From Copranaerobaculum intestinale (lineage in GTDB: Bacteria; Bacillota_I; Bacilli_A; Erysipelotrichales; Erysipelotrichaceae), in the NCBI RefSeq assembly GCF_009831105.1, contig NZ_WUUQ01000001.1, positions 750,001 through 782,000 on the forward strand: a DNA stretch of 32,000 bases. Direction: 5' to 3'. The number at the start of each line of letters is the position of its first letter. Within the stretch, counting starts at the first letter, position 1. Positions 19,024 to 27,653 of this stretch are shown here, piece by piece. A program made the position numbers and the translations under genes. The notes beneath the pieces were generated by a model. That model had not been told where the DNA came from. It saw nothing but the letters and a program-made list of their open reading frames with translations, and searched no databases.

Positions 19024-19300
19024 CTCCTCCCGGTTCAAACAAGTAGAGAGGTAAATATTTTCTGAAAATGTCCTGACTTTTTGCTTTCTCCGTTCAAACA
19101 AGTGAGGGGATATTTTTTCAAGCAAATAAAAAATTATCAAAATGGGTGTGCATTTTATTGCTCCCAGTTCAAACAAGTGAAGGGGATTTTTTAAAAACAG
19201 GGTGTCATTTTAAGTTTTAATTCCAAACAAGTGAAGAGATTTTTTAAAAACACCCTGACTTTTTCATCTCTCAGTCCAAACAAGTGAAAGGAGGTTTTCT
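19024..19300 (+). repeat. Iteron-like array: five degenerate direct repeats with core (G)TYCAAACAAGTR
   Basis: Cores at 19033-19044, 19092-19104, 19167-19179, 19221-19233 and 19274-19286, spaced about 50-75 bp apart. The inter-core segments are also related (AAAATGTCCTGACTTTTT, AAAACACCCTGACTTTTT, AAAACAGGGTGTCATTTT). The last copy contributes the RBS of the next ORF. Confidence 0.75.
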
Positions 19301-19303
19301 GAT

Positions 19304-19519
19304 ATGCCGAAACTGACAAAATCACAAAAGCTGGAATGGGCGTTCTTCATAAGCACGGAAAACGGAAGAAGAACATACAACAGTCAGTGCAGAAAATGTG
19401 TTTTCGATTGCAAACAGAGCTTTCGGGCAGATATTGTTTGTTGCCCTAAGTTTAAATCCAAAAGGCAGAAATATTATCAACCGAATAAAAGCGGACAACA
19501 GCACCTTGAAACCAATTAA
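19304..19519 (+). CDS. Small Cys-rich hypothetical protein (71 aa)
   Basis: RBS AAAGGAGG. Cysteine pattern C-x2-C-x3-C ... CC (CRKCVFDCKQSFRADIVCCPKF) suggests a zinc-binding module. Position upstream of the RepA_N gene. Confidence 0.55.
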   Translation: MPKLTKSQKLEWAFFISTENGRRTYNSQCRKCVFDCKQSFRADIVCCPKFKSKRQKYYQPNKSGQQHLETN

Positions 19520-19620
19520 GGAAAATATATGGTTTGAAAATTTAAAGCTCTTACAGGAAAGAAAATCCTTAATTTCAGCACCAAATCAATACAAAAAATC
19601 ATCAGATTGGAGGTGAAGCC

Positions 19621-19968
19621 GTGAATGAATATTTTAAGGTTAGCGAAGCTGAGAATTTCGTCTTTTACAAAGTCCCGAAAGCATTGTTTACAGATAACAG
19701 GTACAAGGATGTATCAACAGACGCAAAAATGCTCTACGGACTTCTGCTTGACCGTATGCACTTATCCGTTAAAAACGCTTGGGTAGATAAATACGGCAGA
19801 GTGTATCAGTTCTTTACTGTGAAGCAGGCAGAAGAACTACTGCATTTCGGTCACGAAAAGATATGCAAGCTGTTCCGTGAATTGGAACAGTCAAATTTAA
19901 TATTACGAAAAAGACAAGGACAAGGTAAGCCGAACATTATCTATCTCAAAAAGTTCTCTCAGTTCTGA
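19621..19968 (+). CDS. RepA_N-family (replication initiator A N-terminal, wHTH) protein, short form
   Basis: FYKVPKALFTD..YKDVSTDAKMLYGLLLDRMHLSVKN.WVD..GRVY.FFT...AEELL......I.KLFRELE..NLI.RKRQGQGKPNIIY is the RepA_N signature. GTG start 6 nt after GGAGGTG. Confidence 0.8.
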   Translation: MNEYFKVSEAENFVFYKVPKALFTDNRYKDVSTDAKMLYGLLLDRMHLSVKNAWVDKYGRVYQFFTVKQAEELLHFGHEKICKLFRELEQSNLILRKRQGQGKPNIIYLKKFSQF

Positions 19969-20066
19969 TTTTCGGATTTCTTAAAGTCCTGAAAACGGAA
20001 TGTATTAATACTGATAGAGTTAGATATTTACTTACCGAAAAAGAGAAATATATACGGAGGTTAAAA

Positions 20067-20927
20067 ATGTCAGATAAAGAATTTATTGAATATATGAAAG
20101 CAGATATGCTTGTTCCTTTTAAAGACCATCCATTTAAAATGCGAGACGGTGATGAAAAGGAGCAACTGCTTGAAAGCATTAAAACACAAGGAGCAATAGA
20201 ACCGCTTATCGTTCGTTCTTCTTCGGAGGGTAAATACGAAATAATCAGCGGTCACAGAAGATTAGCGGTTTGCAAAGAACTTGGAATAGATAATATTCCG
20301 GTAATAGTGCATAGCTTAACCGATGAGCAGGCTGTCTCAATGATGGTTGATGCTAATATCCACAGAGAAAGTATTTTACCGAGTGAACAAGCCTTTGCTT
20401 ACAAAATGAAATTGGAAGCTTTGAAAAAACAAGGATACCGTTCTGATTTAACTTTTTCGCAAGTTGCGAAAAGGTTAAACAACAGTGAAACCATAGCTGA
20501 AGGTTTCGGGATAAGTAAAGACACCCTGCACCGATATATCCGCTTAACCGAATTGATACCGGAGCTGCTGGGTATGGTTGATGATGGCAGAATCGCTTTA
20601 ACTCCTGCTGTTGAGCTGTCATATCTCACAAAGGAACAACAGCAACATCTTGTTGATGAAATCGAATATACAGATGCAACGCCTTCACTCTCACAAGCAC
20701 AGCGTTTGCGTTCGTTATCAAGGCAAGGTCATTTAGGTAAAGACGCAATTTATGTGGTTATGAGTGAAGAAAAAGCTAATCAGAAGGAACAGGTAAGATT
20801 TGCAAAAGAGGATATACAAAAGTATTTCCCCAAAAATTACACATCTAAGGATATGTCAGAAGTTATTGTAAAGCTCCTTGAAAATTGGCAAAGAAAAAGA
20901 GAACGAAACTCAAGGGAGGAAAGATAA
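20067..20927 (+). CDS. ParB/Srx N-terminal domain protein with HTH
   Basis: ParB box GAIEPLIV....GKYEIISGHRRLAVCKELG, then an HTH-like ETIAEGFGISKDTLHRYIRL. RBS ACGGAGG. Confidence 0.85.
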   Translation: MSDKEFIEYMKADMLVPFKDHPFKMRDGDEKEQLLESIKTQGAIEPLIVRSSSEGKYEIISGHRRLAVCKELGIDNIPVIVHSLTDEQAVSMMVDANIHRESILPSEQAFAYKMKLEALKKQGYRSDLTFSQVAKRLNNSETIAEGFGISKDTLHRYIRLTELIPELLGMVDDGRIALTPAVELSYLTKEQQQHLVDEIEYTDATPSLSQAQRLRSLSRQGHLGKDAIYVVMSEEKANQKEQVRFAKEDIQKYFPKNYTSKDMSEVIVKLLENWQRKRERNSREER

Positions 20928-21103
20928 TGGATTTAAAAAATGAGACGATGAATCATGCAGAATATGATAGATTCATCGATTTAATGACAAAAATGTATTT
21001 AAAATACGGAAATCAATATAGATTACTGACCATGGAAGATGTCAGAAAACTCTTCCCTGCCCATCAGTGTGAAATAAATAAAAAACCACCGAGAGGAGCT
21101 TAG
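20927..21103 (+). CDS. Small hypothetical protein (58 aa) coupled to the ParB-like gene
   Basis: TAATG overlap with the upstream stop and AGGGAGGA RBS. Translates as MDLKNETMNHAEYDRFIDLMTKMYLKYGNQYRLLTMEDVRKLF... Its stop lies inside hairpin 21092-21111. Confidence 0.5.
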   Translation: MDLKNETMNHAEYDRFIDLMTKMYLKYGNQYRLLTMEDVRKLFPAHQCEINKKPPRGA

Positions 21104-21114
21104 GCTCCTCTTAG

Positions 21115-21151
21115 CGGCACATTGGAAAGTGGCAAAAAGTCAAGGTAAAAT
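21115..21151 (+). promoter_or_regulatory. Putative promoter of the recombinase gene (CGGCACA-TTGGAA-N18-TAAAAT)
   Basis: -35 at 21122-21127, 18-nt spacer, -10 at 21146-21151, 32-nt leader. Same upstream 11-mer CGGCACATTGG and same geometry as 10506-10542. Confidence 0.5.
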
Positions 21152-21183
21152 ATTAATACAAAAATTAAAAAGGAGTTCAAAAA

Positions 21184-22863
21184 ATGAAAAATAAAAGCTG
21201 TTATATTTATACTCGAGTCTCTACATCAATGCAAGTGGATGGCTTCAGTCTTGAAGCACAGAAAGAAAAACTCAGAAAATATGCTGAATTTCAGGAATTT
21301 ATAATAGCCGGAGAATATTCTGACGAAGGAAAGTCCGGAAAGAGTATTGAAGGCAGATTAGAATTTCAACAAATGTTAAGCGATATATCTTCCGGTAAAG
21401 ATAGTGTGGATTACGTTTTGGTATTTAAGTTATCCCGCTTTGGAAGAAATGCTGCGGATGTTCTTAATTCTTTACAGCAAATGCAGGATTATGGCGTAAA
21501 TTTAATTTGCGTAGAAGATGGAATAGACAGTTCAAAAGATAGCGGGGAATTGATGATTTCTGTGTTATCTGCCGTTGCGGAAATCGAGCGAGAAAACATT
21601 CTCGTGCAAACGATGGAGGGCAGAAAACAAAAAGCAAGAGAAGGAAAATGGAATGGTGGATTTGCTCCTTACGGCTATAAATTGGTTGATGGTGAACTAA
21701 AAGTCGCAGAAGATGAAGCAGAAGTTATTCGTGTTATATATGATAAATTTATTCATACTACGATGGGAGCTAACACTGTAGCAAAATATTTAAATCAGCA
21801 AGGATTTGTAAAGAAAAAGCGCCAAAACGGCACTTTAGATACATTTACAGCTCATTTTGTTAAACTTGTATTGGATAATCCTATCTATTGCGGAAAAATT
21901 GCTTATGGCAGAAGAAAAACAGAAAAAATGAAAGGCAGTAGAAGTCAGTCTCATGTTGTGAAACAGGACGATTATATGGTCTATGATGGAATTCACCAAG
22001 GGATTATAGATGAAAAAGACTGGCTTTTAGCTCAAGACAAGCGAAAAAAGACAGGAATAAAAAACGAAAAAATTTACAGTGTGGAACATCAGCATTTGCT
22101 TTCCGGCATTTTACGATGTCCGGAATGTGGTGCAGGATTATACGGAAGTGTAAATCGAAAAAGAAAAAAGGACGGAAGTTTCTATAGAGATTATTGGTAT
22201 TACGCCTGCAAACATCGTATGGAGTATGATGGGCATAAATGCACTTATAGAAAGCAAATCCAACAGGATATAATCAATGATGCTGTTGTTGAGGTTATCA
22301 GACATATAGTAAAAAACTCACGATTTGATAAATCTATAAAAGAAAAATTAGAAGTCAGTACAGATTTAGAAATATATAAGACTGAGGAAAACTCTATTAA
22401 TACCCATATTAAACAACTTAATGCAGCAAAGAAAAGATTAGGCATTCAAATAGACCAGCTCGATTATTCCGATAAACATTATGAAGAAAAATATAGCGAT
22501 ATGCAAAATCGAATGAATTCACTTTATGATGAAATTGCAGAAGCACAAGAGTCTTTAGAAACGGTGCAAATGCAGATACAAGGGATTCACGAGCAACAGA
22601 TTTCACAGGAGAGAATATTTGAATTTCTTGAATTATTTGATATAATATATGATAAGTTTACAGAAATAGAGAAAAAGGAATTTCTGCAAAGCTTTATTAA
22701 GCGGATTGAAATATATCCTCAGCCTTTGGAAAATGGTCAAATTCTAAAGAGCATACAGTTTCGTTTCCCGATATATTATCGTGGGAATGAAGGAAACACA
22801 TTTTTTCCGAATTCTGAAAACACAGTCGAGACGGTCGTACTTTTGACTCGCAAACCTTTTTAA
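21184..22863 (+). CDS. Large serine recombinase (integrase); last 7 codons after the core are host rlmD-derived
   Basis: Resolvase catalytic domain (YIYTRVSTSMQ ... KLSRFGRN ... AEIERENI), recombinase domain, zinc ribbon CPECG...YYACKHR....HKC and a coiled-coil. The ORF crosses the attR core in frame. Confidence 0.92.
   Translation: MKNKSCYIYTRVSTSMQVDGFSLEAQKEKLRKYAEFQEFIIAGEYSDEGKSGKSIEGRLEFQQMLSDISSGKDSVDYVLVFKLSRFGRNAADVLNSLQQMQDYGVNLICVEDGIDSSKDSGELMISVLSAVAEIERENILVQTMEGRKQKAREGKWNGGFAPYGYKLVDGELKVAEDEAEVIRVIYDKFIHTTMGANTVAKYLNQQGFVKKKRQNGTLDTFTAHFVKLVLDNPIYCGKIAYGRRKTEKMKGSRSQSHVVKQDDYMVYDGIHQGIIDEKDWLLAQDKRKKTGIKNEKIYSVEHQHLLSGILRCPECGAGLYGSVNRKRKKDGSFYRDYWYYACKHRMEYDGHKCTYRKQIQQDIINDAVVEVIRHIVKNSRFDKSIKEKLEVSTDLEIYKTEENSINTHIKQLNAAKKRLGIQIDQLDYSDKHYEEKYSDMQNRMNSLYDEIAEAQESLETVQMQIQGIHEQQISQERIFEFLELFDIIYDKFTEIEKKEFLQSFIKRIEIYPQPLENGQILKSIQFRFPIYYRGNEGNTFFPNSENTVETVVLLTRKPF
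22825..22839. other. attR junction (core GAGACGGT at 22828-22835)
   Basis: Identical core to attL. The downstream codons LLTRKPF* complete a normal RlmD C-terminus. Confidence 0.7.
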
Positions 22864-23288
22864 AAATGAATGTATTTCTTTGAAGCTTTTCCATATAAGC
22901 ATGATAAATCAATGGCAGTAATTTCATATGATCAGCGTTCGATGATTTTCTGGAAATGAAATTAGAATAGAGAATATACGAAGATGATGTTTTTCGAATA
23001 TCAAACAAACTATGCGAAAAAGAATTGAACATTTTTCATACAGATAAAAGAGTATTCATTGTGTAATTACAAGTGAGTGTTTAAGAAAACAATTATATGA
23101 AAATTTATCATTATATCAAATTACTTGATTTGCATGACTTGTCCTTTACCTGTATTAAAACAAAGAGAAGCTGAGCGGAATGTTTAGGATCAGCATCAGC
23201 TTCTGACAGCTACCTGTTTTTGAAAGGTGTAACTTGTTAGAAAAGAGATAAATGAAATAATAGATATAACGGATTAGGAGAAAATAGT

Positions 23289-23657
23289 ATGGATATTCAA
23301 CAGTTTTGGAAAGTAACATTACAGCAGGATGCTGTAGGCATGAAAGAATTTTTTGCTTCCGATGCTTGGATCAGGTGGCATAACACAAATGAACATTTTA
23401 CAGTGGATGAATTTATTCAGGCAAACTGTGAATATCCCAATCAATGGGATGGGAAGATTGAGAGAATGGAAAAGATTGACGATTTCATAATCACAGTAGT
23501 CCATGTTTTCTCTATAGATCAGCCGCTGTCTTTTCATGTCACTTCTTTCATTAAAGTAAAAGATAACAAAATCGTGTCGATCGATGAATATTGGGGAGAA
23601 GATGGTATAGCTCCGCATTGGAGACTGGATAAAAGAATCGGCAAAGCAATTTCATAA
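23289..23657 (+). CDS. NTF2/SnoaL-like fold protein
   Basis: 122 aa, RBS TTAGGAGAA. The pattern F.V.EF......P..W.G.I.R.E......ITVVHV............SFI.V.D.KI.S.DEYWG is typical of the small SnoaL-like family. Confidence 0.6.
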   Translation: MDIQQFWKVTLQQDAVGMKEFFASDAWIRWHNTNEHFTVDEFIQANCEYPNQWDGKIERMEKIDDFIITVVHVFSIDQPLSFHVTSFIKVKDNKIVSIDEYWGEDGIAPHWRLDKRIGKAIS

Positions 23658-23899
23658 AGTATTTTATATCTATTAAAGATTGGCTTCTTCCAGTGAATGA
23701 TAAGCTATTCGTGATTGTTTGATGAATGTTGAATGATCACTTTTTGTTATATAAAAAGAAGTGACATGAACTTTGCCTAATAATGTGTTGGATTTGTATG
23801 AATCATATCATGGGATATATTGTTATATGTTATAATTACATTATAATAATTAAGATGTATAGCAATTGGATGATTTATTTGGTGCTTTGGAGGTAGACA

Positions 23900-26152
23900 A
23901 TGGGGAATGCAGGAACCAAGCAAGAAGCGGTAATATTAAAAATAATGGGAACTGGTATCAGTATGAATATTTTGGATAGCTCCTTTACGATGCTTTGGGG
24001 TAATCCTATTTTTTATGAATTGACCGGGTATACTGCAGAGGAATTTGCGGCAAGCTTTGTAGATTTTAAGCAATATTTTAAAAATTTAAATGAAGATTTT
24101 CAAAAACTGCATAAAGTTTTTACGAAGGCTTGGGAACAGGGAAAGAGTTATGCGACAACGGATATCCGATTTCCAATTAAAAATGGAACAAAAATTTGGG
24201 TTCGCATAAGCGGCACGATTACAAATCAGGAATATGGTGTGATCGTGAATTTTTCATATACAAATATTGACGATATCATACAGCAGCAAACGGAATTGTG
24301 CCAGATAACGAATGAGCGAAGTGATAATTTTGAATGGATGATGGCTGAGTATACCGGTAATGTATACATTAGTGATATGGATACCTATGAACTGCTGTAT
24401 GTAAACCGCAGTGCTTGTGAAGTATTACAGGCATTACCAGAACAGGTGATCGGCAGAAAATGCTATGAAGTAATTCAAGGCAGAACGACACCTTGTCCTT
24501 TTTGTACTAATGCAAAGCTAAAAAAAGATGAAACATATGAATGGGAGTTCTTTAATCCCAACTTAAATCGAACATTTATGATCAAGAATCGTTTATTAAA
24601 CTGGAAAGGTCATCGCTCCCGCATTGAGTTGTCACATGATATGTATAGTCCTGAATATAAATTGGCTAAGAAAGATCAGGAGCGAGAAGCAATTTTAAAA
24701 ACGATACCGGCGGGAATGGTTCGAATTGATGCTAAAGACTGCAACACCGTACTTTGGCACAACGGTATATTTTTAGACATGATCGGCTATACCGAAGATC
24801 AATTTGTAAATGAATTGCATAATACATGTTCTTATTTGCATCCGGATGATCAAATTCGTACAATTCGTCTGGTGAATGAATTAAAGAAAACTGGTGATAA
24901 TGTTGTATTTGAAGCTAGAAGCTATAACCGTAAGCGGGAAGAAAGACTATGGACGGTAACCCTTTGCTATATCAGCGGAGAAGATAGTTGGGATGGGATT
25001 CCTTCTTATTACAGTCTTGGTCTTGATATAACGGATGAGCGTAAGAAAATAGAGCATTTAACACATAAGGCAGAGAAAGATGATCTTACCGATGTGTATA
25101 ATCGGGAAGGAATCGAAACGCAAATTAAGGATTACTTGAATCAGCATAGTGATCAAGACTGCGCCTTGCTGATGATCGATGCGGATAATTTTAAGTATAT
25201 CAACGATAATTATGGTCATATGACAGGTGATTTGGTACTGCGTGAAATGGCTGACGGCATGAAAAAATGGATGAGCCAGGAGGATATAGTAGGCCGCATC
25301 GGCGGTGATGAATTTATTGTATTCATGAAAGCAATTACCGATCCGGAAGCAACTAAGCAAAAAGCAATCGATTTGTTAACGATGTTTCGAAACCTTTTCA
25401 GGCATGATAAGAAGCCCGTTAATGTAAGCTGCAGTATCGGCATTGCTTACTATCCGAAGGATGGCAATAATTTTGAGGAATTATACGGTCATGCTGATAA
25501 AGCTTTATATCACGCAAAGCTGTATGGCAAAAATAACTTTGCTGTTTATACAGATGCTATGTTATCGGAAACTGTTGGAAATGTTTATCCGTCAATGCGA
25601 ACCGAAATTGACTCAAAAGGGAAATGCTCTGCGGATACTGATAAAATTGTAGAAAAGATCTTTCAGCATTTGTACCGAACTTATGATTTTGAGGAATCTA
25701 TGCAGGGGGTTTTAGAAATACTGGAAGAACATTTTGGAGTTAGCCGCACTTATATTATTAAGTGCACAAAAGATAGTGAATATGCCGATAACACATATGA
25801 ATGGTGTAATAAAGGTGTATGTTCTAAAACAGCTTTATTACAGCGCATTCCAATACGTGAAATATATGAAAATGATGAATTTAGAAATAACGACTATATA
25901 TTTTTCAACAGGGACGAAAATATCATACCGTTTGAATCAATGGATCAGCTTTTTAAAGAGGATGCTCATTCCACCTTGTTATGTTCGTTTAGAAAAGATA
26001 AAGAATGCAAAGGCTTTATCGGATATGATGAATGTTTTGGAAAGCGCAAATGGACTGCTGATGAAATTGCGGTGCTTACAAAAATTTCTCATATCATCGA
26101 TGTGTTTCAAGAAAACTTTCGCACCCGATCTTCTATGAATACACAAAAATAA
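23900..26152 (+). CDS. Multi-PAS diguanylate cyclase (GGDEF) with C-terminal GAF-like domain
   Basis: Three PAS-like segments and an intact GGDEF active site (GRIGGDEFIVF) with DADNFKYINDNYGH. About 190 aa C-terminal extension. RBS GGAGG. Confidence 0.85.
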   Translation: MGNAGTKQEAVILKIMGTGISMNILDSSFTMLWGNPIFYELTGYTAEEFAASFVDFKQYFKNLNEDFQKLHKVFTKAWEQGKSYATTDIRFPIKNGTKIWVRISGTITNQEYGVIVNFSYTNIDDIIQQQTELCQITNERSDNFEWMMAEYTGNVYISDMDTYELLYVNRSACEVLQALPEQVIGRKCYEVIQGRTTPCPFCTNAKLKKDETYEWEFFNPNLNRTFMIKNRLLNWKGHRSRIELSHDMYSPEYKLAKKDQEREAILKTIPAGMVRIDAKDCNTVLWHNGIFLDMIGYTEDQFVNELHNTCSYLHPDDQIRTIRLVNELKKTGDNVVFEARSYNRKREERLWTVTLCYISGEDSWDGIPSYYSLGLDITDERKKIEHLTHKAEKDDLTDVYNREGIETQIKDYLNQHSDQDCALLMIDADNFKYINDNYGHMTGDLVLREMADGMKKWMSQEDIVGRIGGDEFIVFMKAITDPEATKQKAIDLLTMFRNLFRHDKKPVNVSCSIGIAYYPKDGNNFEELYGHADKALYHAKLYGKNNFAVYTDAMLSETVGNVYPSMRTEIDSKGKCSADTDKIVEKIFQHLYRTYDFEESMQGVLEILEEHFGVSRTYIIKCTKDSEYADNTYEWCNKGVCSKTALLQRIPIREIYENDEFRNNDYIFFNRDENIIPFESMDQLFKEDAHSTLLCSFRKDKECKGFIGYDECFGKRKWTADEIAVLTKISHIIDVFQENFRTRSSMNTQK

Positions 26153-26206
26153 ATATAAAAAAGATTTTAGATAAAGTGATTACAGTTTCATGTATACGAA
26201 TGAGTT

Positions 26207-26235
26207 AAAAAGCGGCATAACAGATGCCGCTTTAA
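26207..26235 (+). terminator. Rho-independent terminator
   Basis: AAAGCGGCAT-AACA-GATGCCGCTTT stem-loop downstream of the GGDEF gene. Weak T tract. Confidence 0.6.
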
Positions 26236-26340
26236 GAATTTTATGATAATAAGCAGTACCTTCAAGTAAGATTGCTGGGACACCGCTTGTTATTTCGTTT
26301 TTTCAAGAATATGACAAGTAAATAAAATGGGAGAGTTGAT

Positions 26341-26874
26341 ATGATCATAAGAAAGGCCAATATTCGAGATCTGACGTTCTTGAAAGAGATGTATCAAAAG
26401 CTTGTTGAAAATATGATAAAGCATCAAATTTTCATATGGGATGATGTATATCCTTCTGAATTTCTTGAGGAAGATATTCAGAATGAACAATTATATGTTC
26501 TCGAGGATGAAGCTGTGATCAAAGCAGCTTTTGCACTATGCTGTTCAAATGATGGTGAGAAATATGTAGAATGGCCATTATCTCAAAAAAACGCTTTTTA
26601 TATTGATCGATTTGGGGTAAATGTTGATTGTTTGCGGCAGGGTATCGGCAGTATTGCATTACAGGAAGCAGCGGTGCTTTCACAAAGTAAGGATGCTGAA
26701 GTACTTCGCTTATTTGTTGTAGACAGCAATCTGCCGGCAATCAAGCTTTATGAGAAGAATGACTTTATTCGGGCACAGGGAATCTACGAGGAAAAAATCG
26801 ATGAAGATATTACTTTTTATGAATATGGTTATGAATTAGTGCTTAGATCAGCTAGAGTAAAAAAATTAGAATAG
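26341..26874 (+). CDS. GNAT-family N-acetyltransferase
   Basis: Acetyl-CoA motif A RQGIGSIAL, typical size (177 aa), RBS GGGAGAG. Confidence 0.8.
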   Translation: MIIRKANIRDLTFLKEMYQKLVENMIKHQIFIWDDVYPSEFLEEDIQNEQLYVLEDEAVIKAAFALCCSNDGEKYVEWPLSQKNAFYIDRFGVNVDCLRQGIGSIALQEAAVLSQSKDAEVLRLFVVDSNLPAIKLYEKNDFIRAQGIYEEKIDEDITFYEYGYELVLRSARVKKLE

Positions 26875-26885
26875 GAGGCGGTGCT

Positions 26886-27476
26886 ATGAAGGTGCTCTTA
26901 CTATGTCCCAAAGCTTTTGAAACTATGGAATTCAGTGTGTTTATTGATGTTATTGGTTGGGCAAGAAATGATTTTGGTCATGATATTGATGTAGTAACAT
27001 GTGGGTTTCAGAAAACTGTTATCAGCACTTTTCAGGTGCCGATTCAAATGGATATCTTGATTGATGATATTATTGTTTCAGATTATGATGCATTGGCAAT
27101 ACCCGGAGGATTTCGTGAATTTGGTTTTTTTGATGAGGGTTTTGATCCGAAAACAAAGCAGTTGATCAGGGAGTTTGATTCTCAGGGTAAGCCCATCGCT
27201 TCTGTCTGCGTGGCGGCATTTCTGCTCGCAAACAGCGGTATCCTGAAGGGAAGAAAAGCAACTACCTATCATCTGCATCAGGGAATCGAGCAGCAAAAAC
27301 TAGCTGCATACAATGTTTGTGTGGTGAATGAACCGGTAGTTATCGATGCGAATGTTATCACCTCTTATTGTCCGCAGACGGCACCGGATGTTGCTTTTGC
27401 ATTATTAGAGATGCTTACAACGCATGAAGCTATGCTGGAAGTAAAGCATGCCATGGGTTTTGAAGCTGATTCATGA
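26886..27476 (+). CDS. DJ-1/PfpI-family protein
   Basis: Nucleophile-elbow context ASVCVAAFLLANSGILKGRKATTY and ALAIPGG. RBS AGGAGG, 11 nt after the GNAT stop. Confidence 0.8.
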   Translation: MKVLLLCPKAFETMEFSVFIDVIGWARNDFGHDIDVVTCGFQKTVISTFQVPIQMDILIDDIIVSDYDALAIPGGFREFGFFDEGFDPKTKQLIREFDSQGKPIASVCVAAFLLANSGILKGRKATTYHLHQGIEQQKLAAYNVCVVNEPVVIDANVITSYCPQTAPDVAFALLEMLTTHEAMLEVKHAMGFEADS

Positions 27477-27479
27477 GGA

Positions 27480-27505
27480 AATCCTGTTATCAGACAGGAT
27501 TTTTT
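27480..27505 (+). terminator. Rho-independent terminator
   Basis: AATCCTGT-TATCAG-ACAGGATT followed by a T5 run. Confidence 0.8.
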
Positions 27506-27573
27506 ATATGCTTAGCCTTTGATTGATCCTTTTTCATAGTATTAAGATTTAGTCAAATGACTTGTATCCTTTA

Positions 27574-27596
27574 ACTGTAACTGATACTATTACAGT
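27574..27596. promoter_or_regulatory. Palindrome ACTGTAA-N9-TTACAGT upstream of the Rrf2 gene (candidate operator)
   Basis: Perfect 7-bp arms about 60 bp upstream of the Rrf2 start. Rrf2 regulators commonly autoregulate via palindromes. Confidence 0.4.
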
Positions 27597-27653
27597 AATC
27601 AGATGCACTGTCTGTCCGATTTTGAATATTCAAATCGCGGGAAAGGAGTAACG

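Larger units (their letters stand above)
10168..22835. mobile_element. ~12.7-kb integrative element (large-serine-recombinase type, TnpV-containing, Tn4451-like accessory genes) inserted in the rlmD 3' end
   Basis: Shared 8-bp core at both ends and the recombinase at the right end. Joining the flanks restores ...HVETVVLLTRKPF*. Contents are TnpV, RepA_N, ParB-like and defence genes. The DNA is visibly more AT-rich than the housekeeping block. Confidence 0.8.

Noticed and set aside
19024-19300. The repeat array could be mistaken for a small CRISPR array.
   Set aside because: The conserved core is only about 13 nt and degenerate. The 'spacers' are themselves related to each other. There is no cas gene, and the last repeat doubles as an RBS. 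Iteron or protein-binding repeats fit better.
21092-21111. Hairpin AGAGGAGC-TTAG-GCTCCTCT at the end of the 58-aa ORF, considered as a terminator.
   Set aside because: No T-tract follows, and the recombinase promoter-like module starts 4 nt later. I did not call it a terminator; it may be a weak attenuator or a protein-binding site.
22697-23032. 111-aa minus-strand ORF overlapping the recombinase 3' end and extending into the 426-bp gap after attR.
   Set aside because: It overlaps a confident CDS. It has no RBS, a Ser/Phe-rich low-complexity sequence and no recognisable motif. The long gap itself (22864-23288) shows only an imperfect hairpin (about 23167-23205), and I could not assign it a function.
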